Shown: in pieces, positions 9,220 through 19,392 of the stretch
Numbering within the stretch: position 1 is the first letter of the stretch
Layout: the number at the start of each line of letters is the position of its first letter
Assembly: GCA_963803805.1 (NCBI GenBank)
Contig: CAWDOD010000003.1
Span: 64,001 to 128,000, forward strand
Length of the DNA: 64,000 nt
DNA from: an uncultured cyanobacterium
Lineage (GTDB): Bacteria; Cyanobacteriota; Cyanobacteriia; Cyanobacteriales; CAWCAG01
Direction: 5' to 3'
Position numbers and translations under genes: made by a program
The notes under the pieces: generated by a model
Told to the model about the DNA's origin: nothing
Seen by the model: only the letters and a program-made list of their open reading frames with translations
The model's database searches: none

Positions 9220-10206
9220 CTAATTTGCTTCAACTAACTGAGAAGGAGTAACATCAAAAACCACTTTAAAAGGTTGCTTGATTTCGTTTTCCAAAAATGT
9301 TTCTACTTGCTTAACTTCCTCTGGATTAATACCTTTTTCTGCCCGAACTAATAATTTCAAAGAAGGAGGTTTATCTCTCCACACAACTTCCGAATCAGTA
9401 ATAATAATATCTGTCCTGTTAATCAACGAATCACTGGTCAGAATACGCCTAATCGAAGCTTCAGCCTGAGTTTGCCGGGTTAACTTCCAGAAACTTGCCC
9501 CTAAAGGAATAATCAGCATAACAATTAAGGCAAAAGAAACTCCCCAAGATAGAGTTCTTGTTAACTCGTTGCTGCGGGCATAACCACTCAGTACATAAAC
9601 AGCTATACAAGCCAAGTTAATGCCAATTAAGTTAGTGATGTAAAGTAAAGCTGCACCCCCAGCAGCCCCCCAGTTTCCTTGAGACAAGCACAAACCAACA
9701 ACACATAGAGGAGGCATCAAAGCAACAGCAATAGCAGTTCCGGGGATAGCATCTCCCATTGCCGGACGAATCTTCGCATAACCACTCACTCCCCCGGCGG
9801 TAACCGCAATGAGTAAGTCAATTAAAGTAGGCTGAGTACGAGAAAGAACTTCTGATCCAAATTCCGGCAGATCAATAACTAAACCCACTAATCCAGAACA
9901 GATTAAAGCTAATCCTGTCCCTATGGCAATAGAAATAGTACTATAGCGGAGTAACTTTAGATCTCCTTCTAAGGTAGCGAAAGAAAAACCCCGTAAAGGT
10001 AACATCAAAGGTGCAATAATCATCGCCCCAATGATTACCGCCGCACTATTAATCAATAAGCCAAAAGTGGCAATTAAACAAGAACTAACAATTAGGACAA
10101 CATAGTTTTTGGTTGGTTTAGAGTCTTTTGTGAGGGAGTCTTGAAGTTGCAGAATCGGAATAGCACCCAATCCGAGATTTTTTACCAGTTGCCATTTTTG
10201 TTGCAT
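9220..10206 (-). CDS. DUF389 membrane protein
   Basis: IATFGLLINSAAVIIGAMIIAPLM, RTQPTLIDLLIA, PGTAIAVALMPPL. Confidence 0.9.
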   Translation of the reverse strand: MQQKWQLVKNLGLGAIPILQLQDSLTKDSKPTKNYVVLIVSSCLIATFGLLINSAAVIIGAMIIAPLMLPLRGFSFATLEGDLKLLRYSTISIAIGTGLALICSGLVGLVIDLPEFGSEVLSRTQPTLIDLLIAVTAGGVSGYAKIRPAMGDAIPGTAIAVALMPPLCVVGLCLSQGNWGAAGGAALLYITNLIGINLACIAVYVLSGYARSNELTRTLSWGVSFALIVMLIIPLGASFWKLTRQTQAEASIRRILTSDSLINRTDIIITDSEVVWRDKPPSLKLLVRAEKGINPEEVKQVETFLENEIKQPFKVVFDVTPSQLVEAN

Positions 10207-10377
10207 GACAATTTAATAAGTATAGGAATTATCTCTATTTAGGTTATCATCGAACCCACATTCCACAGGTTGGCAAGGCTAATAAATAATATTAAGGCTA
10301 ATTCTTCGCCTCGGTTTGTGGTAGCCAGTGTGTTACCAGAAATAGTAGTATTGCTAATGGTGCTTCTAGCGTAAGAT

Positions 10378-11322
10378 TCAAGTTGTATGGGATGGTCTTC
10401 GTCTGGGAGGCCTTTGCTGTCCTGGTGGGGAACCAGGAGGTCTTCTTTGCAGTAAATTAGAAGCAACACTACCCCGGAAGCAGCCTATGGTATAGGGGTA
10501 CTCTTTAGTGAAGTGATAGTGATACATCGAGACTGTTTTGCCATCTAGAACAATATTGTGGGTGTGTCCGTGGCATTCATCAAGGTCGTTGTTGGTAACA
10601 GCAACCCCCCCTTCACCCTTGGGCCCGAAGATGGGGAAACCATCAAGCATAAACCCAGCAATATCGCTATGACCTCCTGCATCACCAGATTTATCGGGTA
10701 TACAATCGGACCAGTCATGGTAGTGGTAGGTTCCTCCCCTTTCTGGGTGGGCGTTGCAATGGTCTTGAATTTCATAAGCAGGCGCATCTCGCCCTCCATT
10801 ATCAAAAGCATTGAAAATTGCTGCCCCTGTGAGAGAATAGCCAATCAGTCCCAAGGGTATACAGGTTGGTGTTGCTGCTACTGTAGGTCTAGCTGGTAAT
10901 TTTAAGACGAGGCTTTGTTCCTGAATAGAATTGGGATTGCGATCGTATTTATATGCTTCAGTCCCCGGCTGAATGGGAAACTTACCAGTTGAATGCCTAG
11001 GTAATTTATTAGAACGAAAAACGCGATCATTTCCCTCTACAGAAACCGAAGTTAAGGCATTAGGCCAGTTAACATTCCCTTCAACAACGGGCTTTTCTTC
11101 CGGATACCAATAGCCATTCCTGACCCACTCCCCAACTCGATGGGCCCCTCCTCTACCAGGAAACCTAGAATTGCAAGCCATAACACTACCACGTTTAGGC
11201 TGGTTGCTAATCTTCCCATCTCCGAGGGGAAAAGCCGCACTACTATTACCATTAGCCAAGACTGGCGAGAAAATCAATAGTAGCAGCAGAGTCGCCATAA
11301 ATAGCAGCAGTATTTTGCGCAT
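10378..11322 (-). CDS. secreted YHYH-domain protein
   Basis: signal peptide; D.CNAHP...TYHYH, GFMLDGFPIFG, LDECHGH, MYHYH. Confidence 0.9.
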   Translation of the reverse strand: MRKILLLFMATLLLLLIFSPVLANGNSSAAFPLGDGKISNQPKRGSVMACNSRFPGRGGAHRVGEWVRNGYWYPEEKPVVEGNVNWPNALTSVSVEGNDRVFRSNKLPRHSTGKFPIQPGTEAYKYDRNPNSIQEQSLVLKLPARPTVAATPTCIPLGLIGYSLTGAAIFNAFDNGGRDAPAYEIQDHCNAHPERGGTYHYHDWSDCIPDKSGDAGGHSDIAGFMLDGFPIFGPKGEGGVAVTNNDLDECHGHTHNIVLDGKTVSMYHYHFTKEYPYTIGCFRGSVASNLLQRRPPGSPPGQQRPPRRRPSHTT

Positions 11323-11636
11323 TTTTTGTCCCCAAAGATTGCTTTGCTTACAGCTTAAGCGACCTTATTAAGAGGGAGCATGATACTATTTTCCTAAAAT
11401 GAATAGTCCTAAAGTACCTTTTGCTGTTAGTACCTAGGAACTATATATAGCAATACTAAGAGTGAGATGTAAAAAAATCCTTGGGTTTTAGGGAACAAGG
11501 TTTCTCCTTACAAAGACGCTGCGTATTTGCGGAGCATTGTGTTTAGACTACGGGTTAGCCTTGCCGTGTTTGCTACAGGCAATAGTGGAGTTTCCAATTC
11601 AATGGGAATCTCTATAGACAGCTTCTTGGATTGTTT

Positions 11637-11656
11637 CCTCTCCTAGCAGGAGAGGG
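11637..11656. repeat. GC-rich REP-like hairpin just downstream of ogdA
   Basis: CCTCTCCT-AGC-AGGAGAGG. Confidence 0.5.
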
Positions 11657-11674
11657 CTAGGGAAAGGTGAGCAG

Positions 11675-13329
11675 CTACATGGGACAATGCAACTCTCCTG
11701 CAACCTTAGATAAACGCAGGTTTTCTTTATAATCCACAGGACAATCTATCACTGAAGGAACATCTTGTTCTAAAGCGGTTTTTAAAGTAGGAATCAAATC
11801 TTGGGCTGCTTCAACGCGATAACCTTTCAAACCCATACTTTCAGCAAATTTAACAAAATCAGGATTGCCAAAATCCACAAAAGCTGACTTACCAAATTGG
11901 TTGATTTGTTTCCATTCAATTAAACCGTAAGCATTATCGTTGAAAATTAAAGTTACAAAAGGAGTACCTACCCGCAAGGCTGTTTCTAATTCTTGGCAGT
12001 TCATCATAAAACCACCATCCCCTGTTACCGCAACTACCTTTTTATGGGGATGCACTAACTTGGCTGCTAAAGCCCCAGGAATAGCAATACCCATAGCTGC
12101 AAAGCCGTTAGAAATAATACAAGTATTGGGGCGATCGCCGTGGTAATGTCTAGCCATCCACATTTTATGGGCCCCAACATCGCTAATAACAATATCTTCT
12201 GGCCCCATTACCTGCCGGAGATCGTAAATAATTTTTTGGGGTTTGACAGGAAATCCTTCATCGTTGGCGTAGCGTTCGTATTCTTCACGAATTTCTACCC
12301 GCAACTCCCCTGCTTCTGGGGTAGGTTTACCTTGGCGATCTGCACGCTTAACAATATTATCAAGGGAATCAGCAATATCCCCCACAATCTCTACTAAGGG
12401 AATATAGCTACTATCAATCTCTGCTGGAGTTGCGCCAACATGGATAATGGGAATATCCCCTTCTGGGTTCCATTTCTTCGGGGAATATTCAATTAAGTCA
12501 TAGCCAATGGCAATTACCAGATCAGTTTTATCAAAGGCACAGCTAATGCGATCCCTCTGTTGCAAACCAATTGTCCAAAGGGCTAGGGGGTGGGTGTAAG
12601 GAATGATTCCTTTGCCCATAAAGGTATTAACAACAGGGATATTTAAGGTAGTGGCAAACTCCGTTAAGGCTTCTGCAGCATCAGCCCTAATGGTACCGTT
12701 ACCCACTAAGATAAGAGGATTCTTAGCTTTAGAAATAGATTCAGCAGCAATGTTGAAACTACGAAAGGAAGCGTAGGTAGTTTCCCTGCTATCTTTGTTG
12801 AGGGGAGTTGTATTTGCCACAGGCATTGCCGCAATATTTTCTGGCAAATCGATATGAACAGCCCCTGGTTTTTCTGCTTGGGCAATTTTAAAAGCTTTAC
12901 GGATGATTTCTGAAGTGTTGCTAGGGCGAACTATTTGAGTATTCCATTTAGTAACAGGGGAGAACATGGCTACTAAATCGAGATATTGATGAGACTCAAT
13001 GTGCATCCGATCAGTCCCTACCTGGCCAGTAATAGCTACCAAGGGGCCCCATCAAGATTGGCATCAGCTACCCCCGTCATTAGGTTAGTCGCACCAGGGC
13101 CAAGGGTAGAAAGGCAAACTCCAGCTTTGCCCGTTAACCGACCATAAACATCAGCCATGAAGGCTGCCCCTTGTTCGTGGCGGGTAGTAATGAATTTAAT
13201 TGAGGAATTTCTCAGGGCTTCTAGGATATGTAGATTTTCCTCTCCTGGTAGCCCAAAAACATATTCCACTTCTTCATTTTCTAGGCATTTAACTAATAGT
13301 TCCGCCGCATTCATTTCCCCCATTACCAT
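11675..13329 (-). pseudogene. ogdA: acetolactate-synthase-like TPP enzyme, most likely 2-oxoglutarate decarboxylase; split by a 1-bp deletion at about 13041-13046 (pseudogene or sequencing error)
   Basis: ORFs 13036-13329 and 11675-13042 join as ..ADANLDGAP|LVAITGQVG..; FGLPGEEN, RHEQGAAFMA and GDGGFMMN TPP motifs; near the SSA dehydrogenase gene, as in the known cyanobacterial bypass. Confidence 0.8.
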
Positions 13330-13384
13330 CTCCCCTAAGACTGATGTTTAAATGATCTTTTTATTGTTTTCTGCTTGCTATTAC

Positions 13385-13422
13385 GAAAATTTTCCCTAAC
13401 TTAACAGCTAAGGAAAATTTTC
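13385..13422. promoter_or_regulatory. inverted repeat upstream of ogdA
   Basis: GAAAATTTTCC (13385-13395) and GGAAAATTTTC (13412-13422). Confidence 0.4.
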
Positions 13423-13574
13423 AGCGCAATGTTAATTTACCCTTTTTAACATAAGTTATGCCGAATTTGGTTCACAAATAAGTCTTTATGAACCGGCGTT
13501 GATAATTGAACGTATGAAATAGAAGATGTTTAAAGTTAGTAGCTATTGGCTGTTAGCTGTTAGCTTTCCGCAAT

Positions 13575-14925
13575 CTAAAACAAAAAGCAAACAGCAATAT
13601 ATAAAGCTGCAACTACAAGCTGTACCAACATTACAGGGATACCGTATTTTAGAAATCTGCCAAAACCAAGGCGACCACCATGGAGTTCAGCAACTCCTGC
13701 TGCGACAATATTAGAGGATGCACCCATCAAAGTACCATTACCCCCTAATGTCGCTCCAAACATCATCGCATAAAACAGAGGTAGCACTTCTGGGGGTAGT
13801 TGTCCTGTGAAATCAGGGTTCAATACTTCTGCCCCGACTAAACCGACATTAACTAAATACTGCTTCAGTAAGGGAACCATCGCCACTACTAAAGGAATAT
13901 TCGGTACTATACTAGACAACAAACCCACCAAAATTAGTAATACTATCGAACCTAAAGCAATATTCTTACCTAGAATAACCGCCAAAATGCTAGAAATACT
14001 ATTTAATACTCCGGTTTTTTCTAGTCCGCCAATGAGAACAAAAGTAGACATAAAAAACAATAGAGTACTCCAGTCAACGTCTTTGAAAATATTGTTAACC
14101 GTATCAATTTTACTTCTATCCGCTAGAAATAAAGCTACTGCTGCCCCCAACAAAGCCACAGCAGCAGGAGGAATAGGTGTAGGTAGAGAGTCACCAATAA
14201 CAAAAAAGGTTAGCACGAGGATAATTAATAATCCCCCTAACATCAATACTCTAGGATGATTGATTTTTGGCTCAGGTAAACTACTCACATCTGCTAGTTT
14301 CTTGTGCCAAATATTACGAAACAACCAAGGAGCCATAATTAAAATCGAACCAACGGCGATCGCCCCACCTAAGCTTAATTTCATTAAGTAGTCGTTGAAG
14401 CTTAAGTTAACTGCATCTCCCACAATAAAAGTGGCAGGATCTCCTACTAAAGTTAATAACCCTGCGCTGTTAGCTACAAATACCATCAAAATTAATAACG
14501 GGACAAAATCTATGCCAATTTCTCCAGCAATAGGGGGAATCAGAGGAGCAAGCAACATGACTGTTGTCGCATTAGGCAGTACCGCACAAATTGGGGTAGT
14601 AATCGCAATTACTCCCAACACTAAACGCTTCCCTTCTCCTTTAGCGAGAACGACCATTTGCGTAGCTAAATAGGCAAAAATATTAGTCGGCTCAAAAGCT
14701 CTCACTAAGAATCATTACCCCTAAAAATAAAGCCAGAGTAGCATAACTTTGACTAATATATTCGACCGCCTCGTTGAGGGTCATCACATGGGCGAAAACT
14801 AATACTAATGCTCCTAAAAAAGCAGCAACAGTTAGGTGTAGTCTTTCTGTTAGGATAGCTATAGTTACTACCGTAAAAGTAACAGCAGCTATCATTGCTG
14901 GAAGATTTGTCAAACTCATTCCCAT
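13575..14925 (-). pseudogene. ArsB/NhaD (SLC13/CitMHS-like) ion transporter; 1-bp insertion at about 14706-14710 (pseudogene or sequencing error)
   Basis: ORFs 14692-14925 and 13575-14705 join as ..GVMIL|VRAFEPT..; LPNATTV, AGLLTLVGDP, VDWSTLLFF, GATLGGNGTLMGASSNIV motifs. Confidence 0.82.
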
Positions 14926-15108
14926 AATTGTTCCCCTGTTGTTTAGCTATTAGCTGTTCATCAAATTGGTGTAGTTGATGAGGTGTTTACCCTCAAATCA
15001 CCAATTTAAAAATCAATTAAAGCAATTACGCTTTAAACGTAGAGAGCAGCAAGAAACTAAGGATTGTGAGAAAAACAATAATAGGATAAATATTGCTTTA
15101 AACACTCA

Positions 15109-15252
15109 CCTCTCAATGCCGACGAAGTTAGCTGACGGGCTAGGACTAAGAGGTGTCCTTTTAGAAGAAATGTTTTCTCCCAAATACGCCCCAATAAGTG
15201 GTTCCTCCGCTCCTAAAATCTGATCTTTTCCCTACGCAAGATTCAGACAGTT
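15109..15252 (-). promoter_or_regulatory. c-di-AMP (ydaO/yuaA) riboswitch upstream of the ArsB/NhaD transporter
   Basis: minus strand reads CTGAATC..AGCGGAGGAACCAC..TGGGGCGTAT..AGGACACCTCTTAGTCCTAGCCCGTCAGCTAACTTCGTCGGCATTGAGAGG, matching the hallmark segments of the aptamer including the CCTCT/AGAGG pseudoknot. Confidence 0.9.
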
Positions 15253-15422
15253 GGATTAGGCTAAGCTAGTGTTAATAATCTATTTGACTATTTTTTCTTC
15301 CTTTTAAAAATTTGTCATATATCTTTGGATATATAGCAATCTTGCTTAAGATGTGGTAAGCAATTCAGTTTGGTTGCATAGCTATGGTTAAACTGTGAGG
15401 ATAGCTAACAGCTAACAGCTTT

Positions 15423-16793
15423 TTATTCCTTAACCCAAACTGTTTTAATATTGACAAATTCCCGAATCCCTTCAACACTCAATTCTCGACCATAGCCAGA
15501 ACGTTTAATACCACCAAAGGGAAGACGGGGATCAGATTTAACAAAGCCGTTGATAAAAACAGCCCCCGCTTCGAGTTCGTTAATTAAGAGATTCCACTCA
15601 GCACTATTCTTCGTCCAGGCACTAGCCCCCAAGCCTAAAGGAGTTGAGTTAGCTAATTTAATAGCAGAGTCAATATCCTTAACCTTAAATAGTAAAGCCA
15701 CAGGACCAAAAAACTCTTCGGTATCGGCTGGAGTGCCAGGGGGAATAGCAGTGATCAGGGTTGGAGGATAGAAGTTACCCGGTTTATCAGCTATGGGCTT
15801 GCCACCAATGAGAATTTTAGCTCCTTTGTTAGCACAGGCTTGGACTAGCTGGTCTAATTCTGTCAAAATACTAGGGGTAGCTAAGGGGCCAATATCGGTG
15901 TCTTCTTGGAAAGGATCACCTATTTTCAAACTTTTAAATTTAGCTAACAATCTTTCTTCAAATTCTGCGGCGATCGCCTCATGGAGAATAAAGCGTTTAG
16001 CAGCGATGCAAGATTGACCATTATTTAACATCCTCGCTGTTACAGCAGCTTCTACTGCTGCGTCGAGATCAGCACTTTCAAGGACGATAAAAGGGTCACT
16101 TCCCCCTAATTCTAAAACCGTCTTCTTAATATGTTTCCCCGCCGCCGCCGCTAAACTAGCCCCCGCAGCTTCGCTTCCGGTTAAGGTGGCTGCCTTGACT
16201 CTCTCATCACTAATAATTGCTTCTACTTGATTTGAACCCACCAAAAGAGTTTGGAATACTCCCGGTGGAAAACCGGCTTCAGTAATAATCTCTTCAATAG
16301 CTAAGGCACACTGAGGGACATTAGAAGCGTGTTTGAGTAAACCCACATTTCCCGCCATTAAAGCTGGGGCAGCGAAGCGAAATACCTGCCAAAAAGGGAA
16401 ATTCCAAGGCATCACTGCCAGAATTGTCCCCAAGGGTTGGTAGCGAACAAAACTACGGGTTGCATCGGTAGCAGCAGGTTCATCAGCGAGAAATTCCTCG
16501 GCTTTTTCACTATAGTAGCGACAAACCAAAGCACATTTATTCGCTTCGGCGATCGCACTTTTGAGAGTTTTGCCCATTTCTGTGGTCATAATTTTGGCAA
16601 ACTCTGCACTCCTATCTATCAAAATATCTGCCGCTTTATTTAACCACTCTTGACGCTGAGCCATGGTGGTTTGGCGATAATTAAGGAAAGTTTCCTGTGC
16701 TAAGGCTAATTTCTGTTCAATTTCTTCGGTAGTTAAGGCAGTAAATGCCTTAAGTGTTTCTCCCGTAGCTGGATTAACTGTTGCGATGCCCAT
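15423..16793 (-). CDS. gabD: NAD(P)-dependent succinate-semialdehyde dehydrogenase (ssaD/gabD)
   Basis: [59 protein letters not shown]. Confidence 0.92.
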   Translation of the reverse strand: MGIATVNPATGETLKAFTALTTEEIEQKLALAQETFLNYRQTTMAQRQEWLNKAADILIDRSAEFAKIMTTEMGKTLKSAIAEANKCALVCRYYSEKAEEFLADEPAATDATRSFVRYQPLGTILAVMPWNFPFWQVFRFAAPALMAGNVGLLKHASNVPQCALAIEEIITEAGFPPGVFQTLLVGSNQVEAIISDERVKAATLTGSEAAGASLAAAAGKHIKKTVLELGGSDPFIVLESADLDAAVEAAVTARMLNNGQSCIAAKRFILHEAIAAEFEERLLAKFKSLKIGDPFQEDTDIGPLATPSILTELDQLVQACANKGAKILIGGKPIADKPGNFYPPTLITAIPPGTPADTEEFFGPVALLFKVKDIDSAIKLANSTPLGLGASAWTKNSAEWNLLINELEAGAVFINGFVKSDPRLPFGGIKRSGYGRELSVEGIREFVNIKTVWVKE

Positions 16794-16959
16794 GTTCCCT
16801 CCTTGTTTTCAATCCAGAGGCTTTCTATACTTCATAACTTCACTCTAACTCTATTGTTAACTTCTTAAACAATTAATTTCCCAGCGTTGCACCCTTAATT
16901 AGGACTTACGCCTTGACGTGGTGATAAAATTCAGGACTTACGCACCCAGATAAGTATAA

Positions 16960-17838
16960 ATGTCTGAAACAAATATTACCTTAGAGCCAGGGACTTTATG
17001 GCCTAAAGTTATACAACAAACAGATCATGCCCTTAAAAGCGGCGCACTTCATTCTTTGCCTACAGAGTATGAGTTAATTGAGCAAGATGGGGTAACTTTT
17101 TTGGTTCGCATTCTGGCTAATCTTGCCCATAAAGATCAAGCTAAACAGCGACAGAAGCAAAAATCTCCTTCGGAGCAAGATTTTAATCCTTTTCTTCCCT
17201 ACGAAGAAGATTTATTCGTGGCTGATATTTCTGATACCCATTTATGTTTACTGAATAAATTCAATGTGGTTGATTATCACATTCTGATAGTAACGCGGCA
17301 GTTTGAAGCTCAGGAAAATCTCCTTACTCAACAAGATTTTGTCGCTATGCAAGCTTGCTTAAAAGAAATAGATGGTTTAGCTTTTTATAATGGTGGCAAA
17401 AAAGCTGGTGCAAGTCAGGCTCATAAGCATCTACAACTGGTTCCTTTCCCTTTAATGCCAGAAAGAGAAACAATTAATTTTCCTTTAGAAACAGCTATTG
17501 CTGCGGTGCAGTGGCAAGATGCTTTAGGTCAAATACCCGCCTTTGGTTTTCCCCACGCTATTGCTAAGCTAGATTTTCTGGCCTCTAGCCAAGTAATTTG
17601 GGAATGCTATCATCATCTTCTGCAAACTTTAGATTTGCAGAAAAATCATCAACCTCAAGCTTATAATCTTCTGGCGACTCGACAGTGGTTATTAGTTGTG
17701 CCGCGATCGCAAGAAAGTTTTCAGTCTATTTCAGTTAATTCTTTAGGATTTGCTGGCTCTTTTTTTGTCCGCAATGAGCAACAAAAGCAGATTTTACAAA
17801 AATCTGGCCCCCTTCATGTTCTTAGTCAGGTTGTTTAG
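16960..17838 (+). CDS. ATP adenylyltransferase / Ap4A phosphorylase (Apa2 family)
   Basis: FNPFLPYEEDLFV, LLNKFNVV, FYNGG..AGASQAHKHLQ (HxHxQ), VNSLGFAG. Confidence 0.9.
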   Translation: MSETNITLEPGTLWPKVIQQTDHALKSGALHSLPTEYELIEQDGVTFLVRILANLAHKDQAKQRQKQKSPSEQDFNPFLPYEEDLFVADISDTHLCLLNKFNVVDYHILIVTRQFEAQENLLTQQDFVAMQACLKEIDGLAFYNGGKKAGASQAHKHLQLVPFPLMPERETINFPLETAIAAVQWQDALGQIPAFGFPHAIAKLDFLASSQVIWECYHHLLQTLDLQKNHQPQAYNLLATRQWLLVVPRSQESFQSISVNSLGFAGSFFVRNEQQKQILQKSGPLHVLSQVV

Positions 17839-17872
17839 TGTTTCTATAAGTAATGGGTAAAGAATAAAAACT

Positions 17873-18397
17873 ATGGAAGAAATCGAAGTCAAAATTCTGG
17901 AAGTTGACCAAGTTGCCATTGAAAATAAACTGCAAGAGCTTGGGGCTACTCAATCCTTTGCCGGGGAGCTTCATGCGATTTTTTATGACTTTCCTGATGG
18001 TAATATTCGCGAGCAAAAAGATGTCTTAAGATTGCGTAAAGAGGGAGAGGAGACTGTTTTAGCTTATAAAAAGCACATTGTTCAAACAAAAGCTAAAGTT
18101 ATGGAAGAATGCGAAACTTTAGTTTCTAACTTAGATAATATGAAAATTATTTTAGAAAGATTGGGGCTAAAAGTAATTAAAGAAACTCGTAAGTTCCGTA
18201 CCGAATACATTTTAGGAAAGACAAAAATTGTCATTGATGATTATCAAGATGCTTTAGAACATATTCCTGTATTTATCGAAATTGAAGCACCAAGCATAGA
18301 GCGGATGTACGAAGTGGCTAAACTTTTAGGCTATGAGCCACAAGACTGTCACAGTTGGAATACCTACGATTTAGCTCAACATTATGGGCAAAAATAA
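17873..18397 (+). CDS. CYTH-domain protein (class IV adenylate cyclase / triphosphate tunnel metalloenzyme)
   Basis: N-terminal EIEVK (ExExK), LRLRK, K.R..Y, FIEIE. Confidence 0.88.
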   Translation: MEEIEVKILEVDQVAIENKLQELGATQSFAGELHAIFYDFPDGNIREQKDVLRLRKEGEETVLAYKKHIVQTKAKVMEECETLVSNLDNMKIILERLGLKVIKETRKFRTEYILGKTKIVIDDYQDALEHIPVFIEIEAPSIERMYEVAKLLGYEPQDCHSWNTYDLAQHYGQK

Positions 18398-18681
18398 TCA
18401 AGCTGTTAATTGTTATCCCTCTTAGGTCAGACTCCTGTTTTTCCTATTATTTGAACTTTCTGAACAAGAGCTATACTAAAGAATACAGAGTTTACTGATC
18501 TGATTTTGGTGATTTTGCTATCCACAAGAATTTTTAGTTAGAACAAAGCTTGCGATCACATAATATATATAAGCCCCAGAAATCAGAAATGACTTTTGTT
18601 TTCGGAAAGTAACAGAAGAGGGTTACTCAAAGTTCTGAGGAAAAAGCTTAACATTTTGAGAAAAATACTTGAGTTCATACA

Positions 18682-19242
18682 ATGACAATCGCCCCTGCCA
18701 AACCATTAACCTTAGAAGAGTTTCTACAACTTCCTGAAACTAAGCCACCCCAAGAATATATTAATGGAGAAATCAACCTCAAACCAATGCCCAAAGGAAG
18801 ACATAGCCGCTTACAGGGAAAACTTTGTACTGTGATCAATCAAGTAACAGAAGAAGAGAAAATAGCCTATGGCTTTCCTGAATTGCGCTGCACATTTGGC
18901 AATCGCTCAATCGTACCAGATGTCGCAATATTTCAGTGGCAACAGATTCCTTTTAACGAAAATGGAGAAGTACCTGATGACTTTAAATCTCCTCCAGATT
19001 GGACAATTGAAATACTTTCTCCTCAACAAAAGTCTAACAAAGTAATTGGTAATATTCTCCATTGTTTAAACCATGGCTGTCAATTAGGATGGTTCATTGA
19101 GCCTGATGATTATAGTATCTTAGCCTTTCTCCCTAGACAACAACCCCAACTTCTACAAGGAAGCGATTATCTACCTGTTTTAGAATCCATTCCCTTAAAC
19201 TTAACCGTTTCACAGGTGTTTAATTGGTTGAAAATGAATTGA
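18682..19242 (+). CDS. Uma2 (DUF820) family PD-(D/E)xK endonuclease-like protein
   Basis: LEEFLQLPE.KP..EYING, ELRCTFG.RSIVPD, PDWTIEILSP. Confidence 0.92.
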   Translation: MTIAPAKPLTLEEFLQLPETKPPQEYINGEINLKPMPKGRHSRLQGKLCTVINQVTEEEKIAYGFPELRCTFGNRSIVPDVAIFQWQQIPFNENGEVPDDFKSPPDWTIEILSPQQKSNKVIGNILHCLNHGCQLGWFIEPDDYSILAFLPRQQPQLLQGSDYLPVLESIPLNLTVSQVFNWLKMN

Positions 19243-19392
19243 TTAAAAGAGAGCCAAGAAAAGATTTATCCAAAAGCGATAAGCTAATGGCTAGTTGCTA
19301 GTCGCTAAAATCTTATACTTGGTGAGGATATTTTATTTATTGGAGTTCTCTAAAAGAGGTTATTACTCAATAGATAATTATCTAATTATCAA

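Noticed and set aside
13036-13050. Programmed ribosomal frameshift in ogdA
   Set aside because: No slippery heptamer or stimulatory structure seen, and similar indels occur in unrelated genes in this window
11675-13329. Biosynthetic acetohydroxyacid synthase (ilvB) call
   Set aside because: No ilvN/ilvH nearby; sequence type (GEENL, RMHIESHQ) and linkage to SSA dehydrogenase favour 2-OG decarboxylase
15013-15105. 30-aa GTG-start leader peptide after the riboswitch
   Set aside because: The SD-like GAGAGG is part of the aptamer pseudoknot and only 3 nt from the GTG; no other support
14975-15223. 82-aa plus-strand ORF
   Set aside because: Antisense to the c-di-AMP riboswitch; spurious
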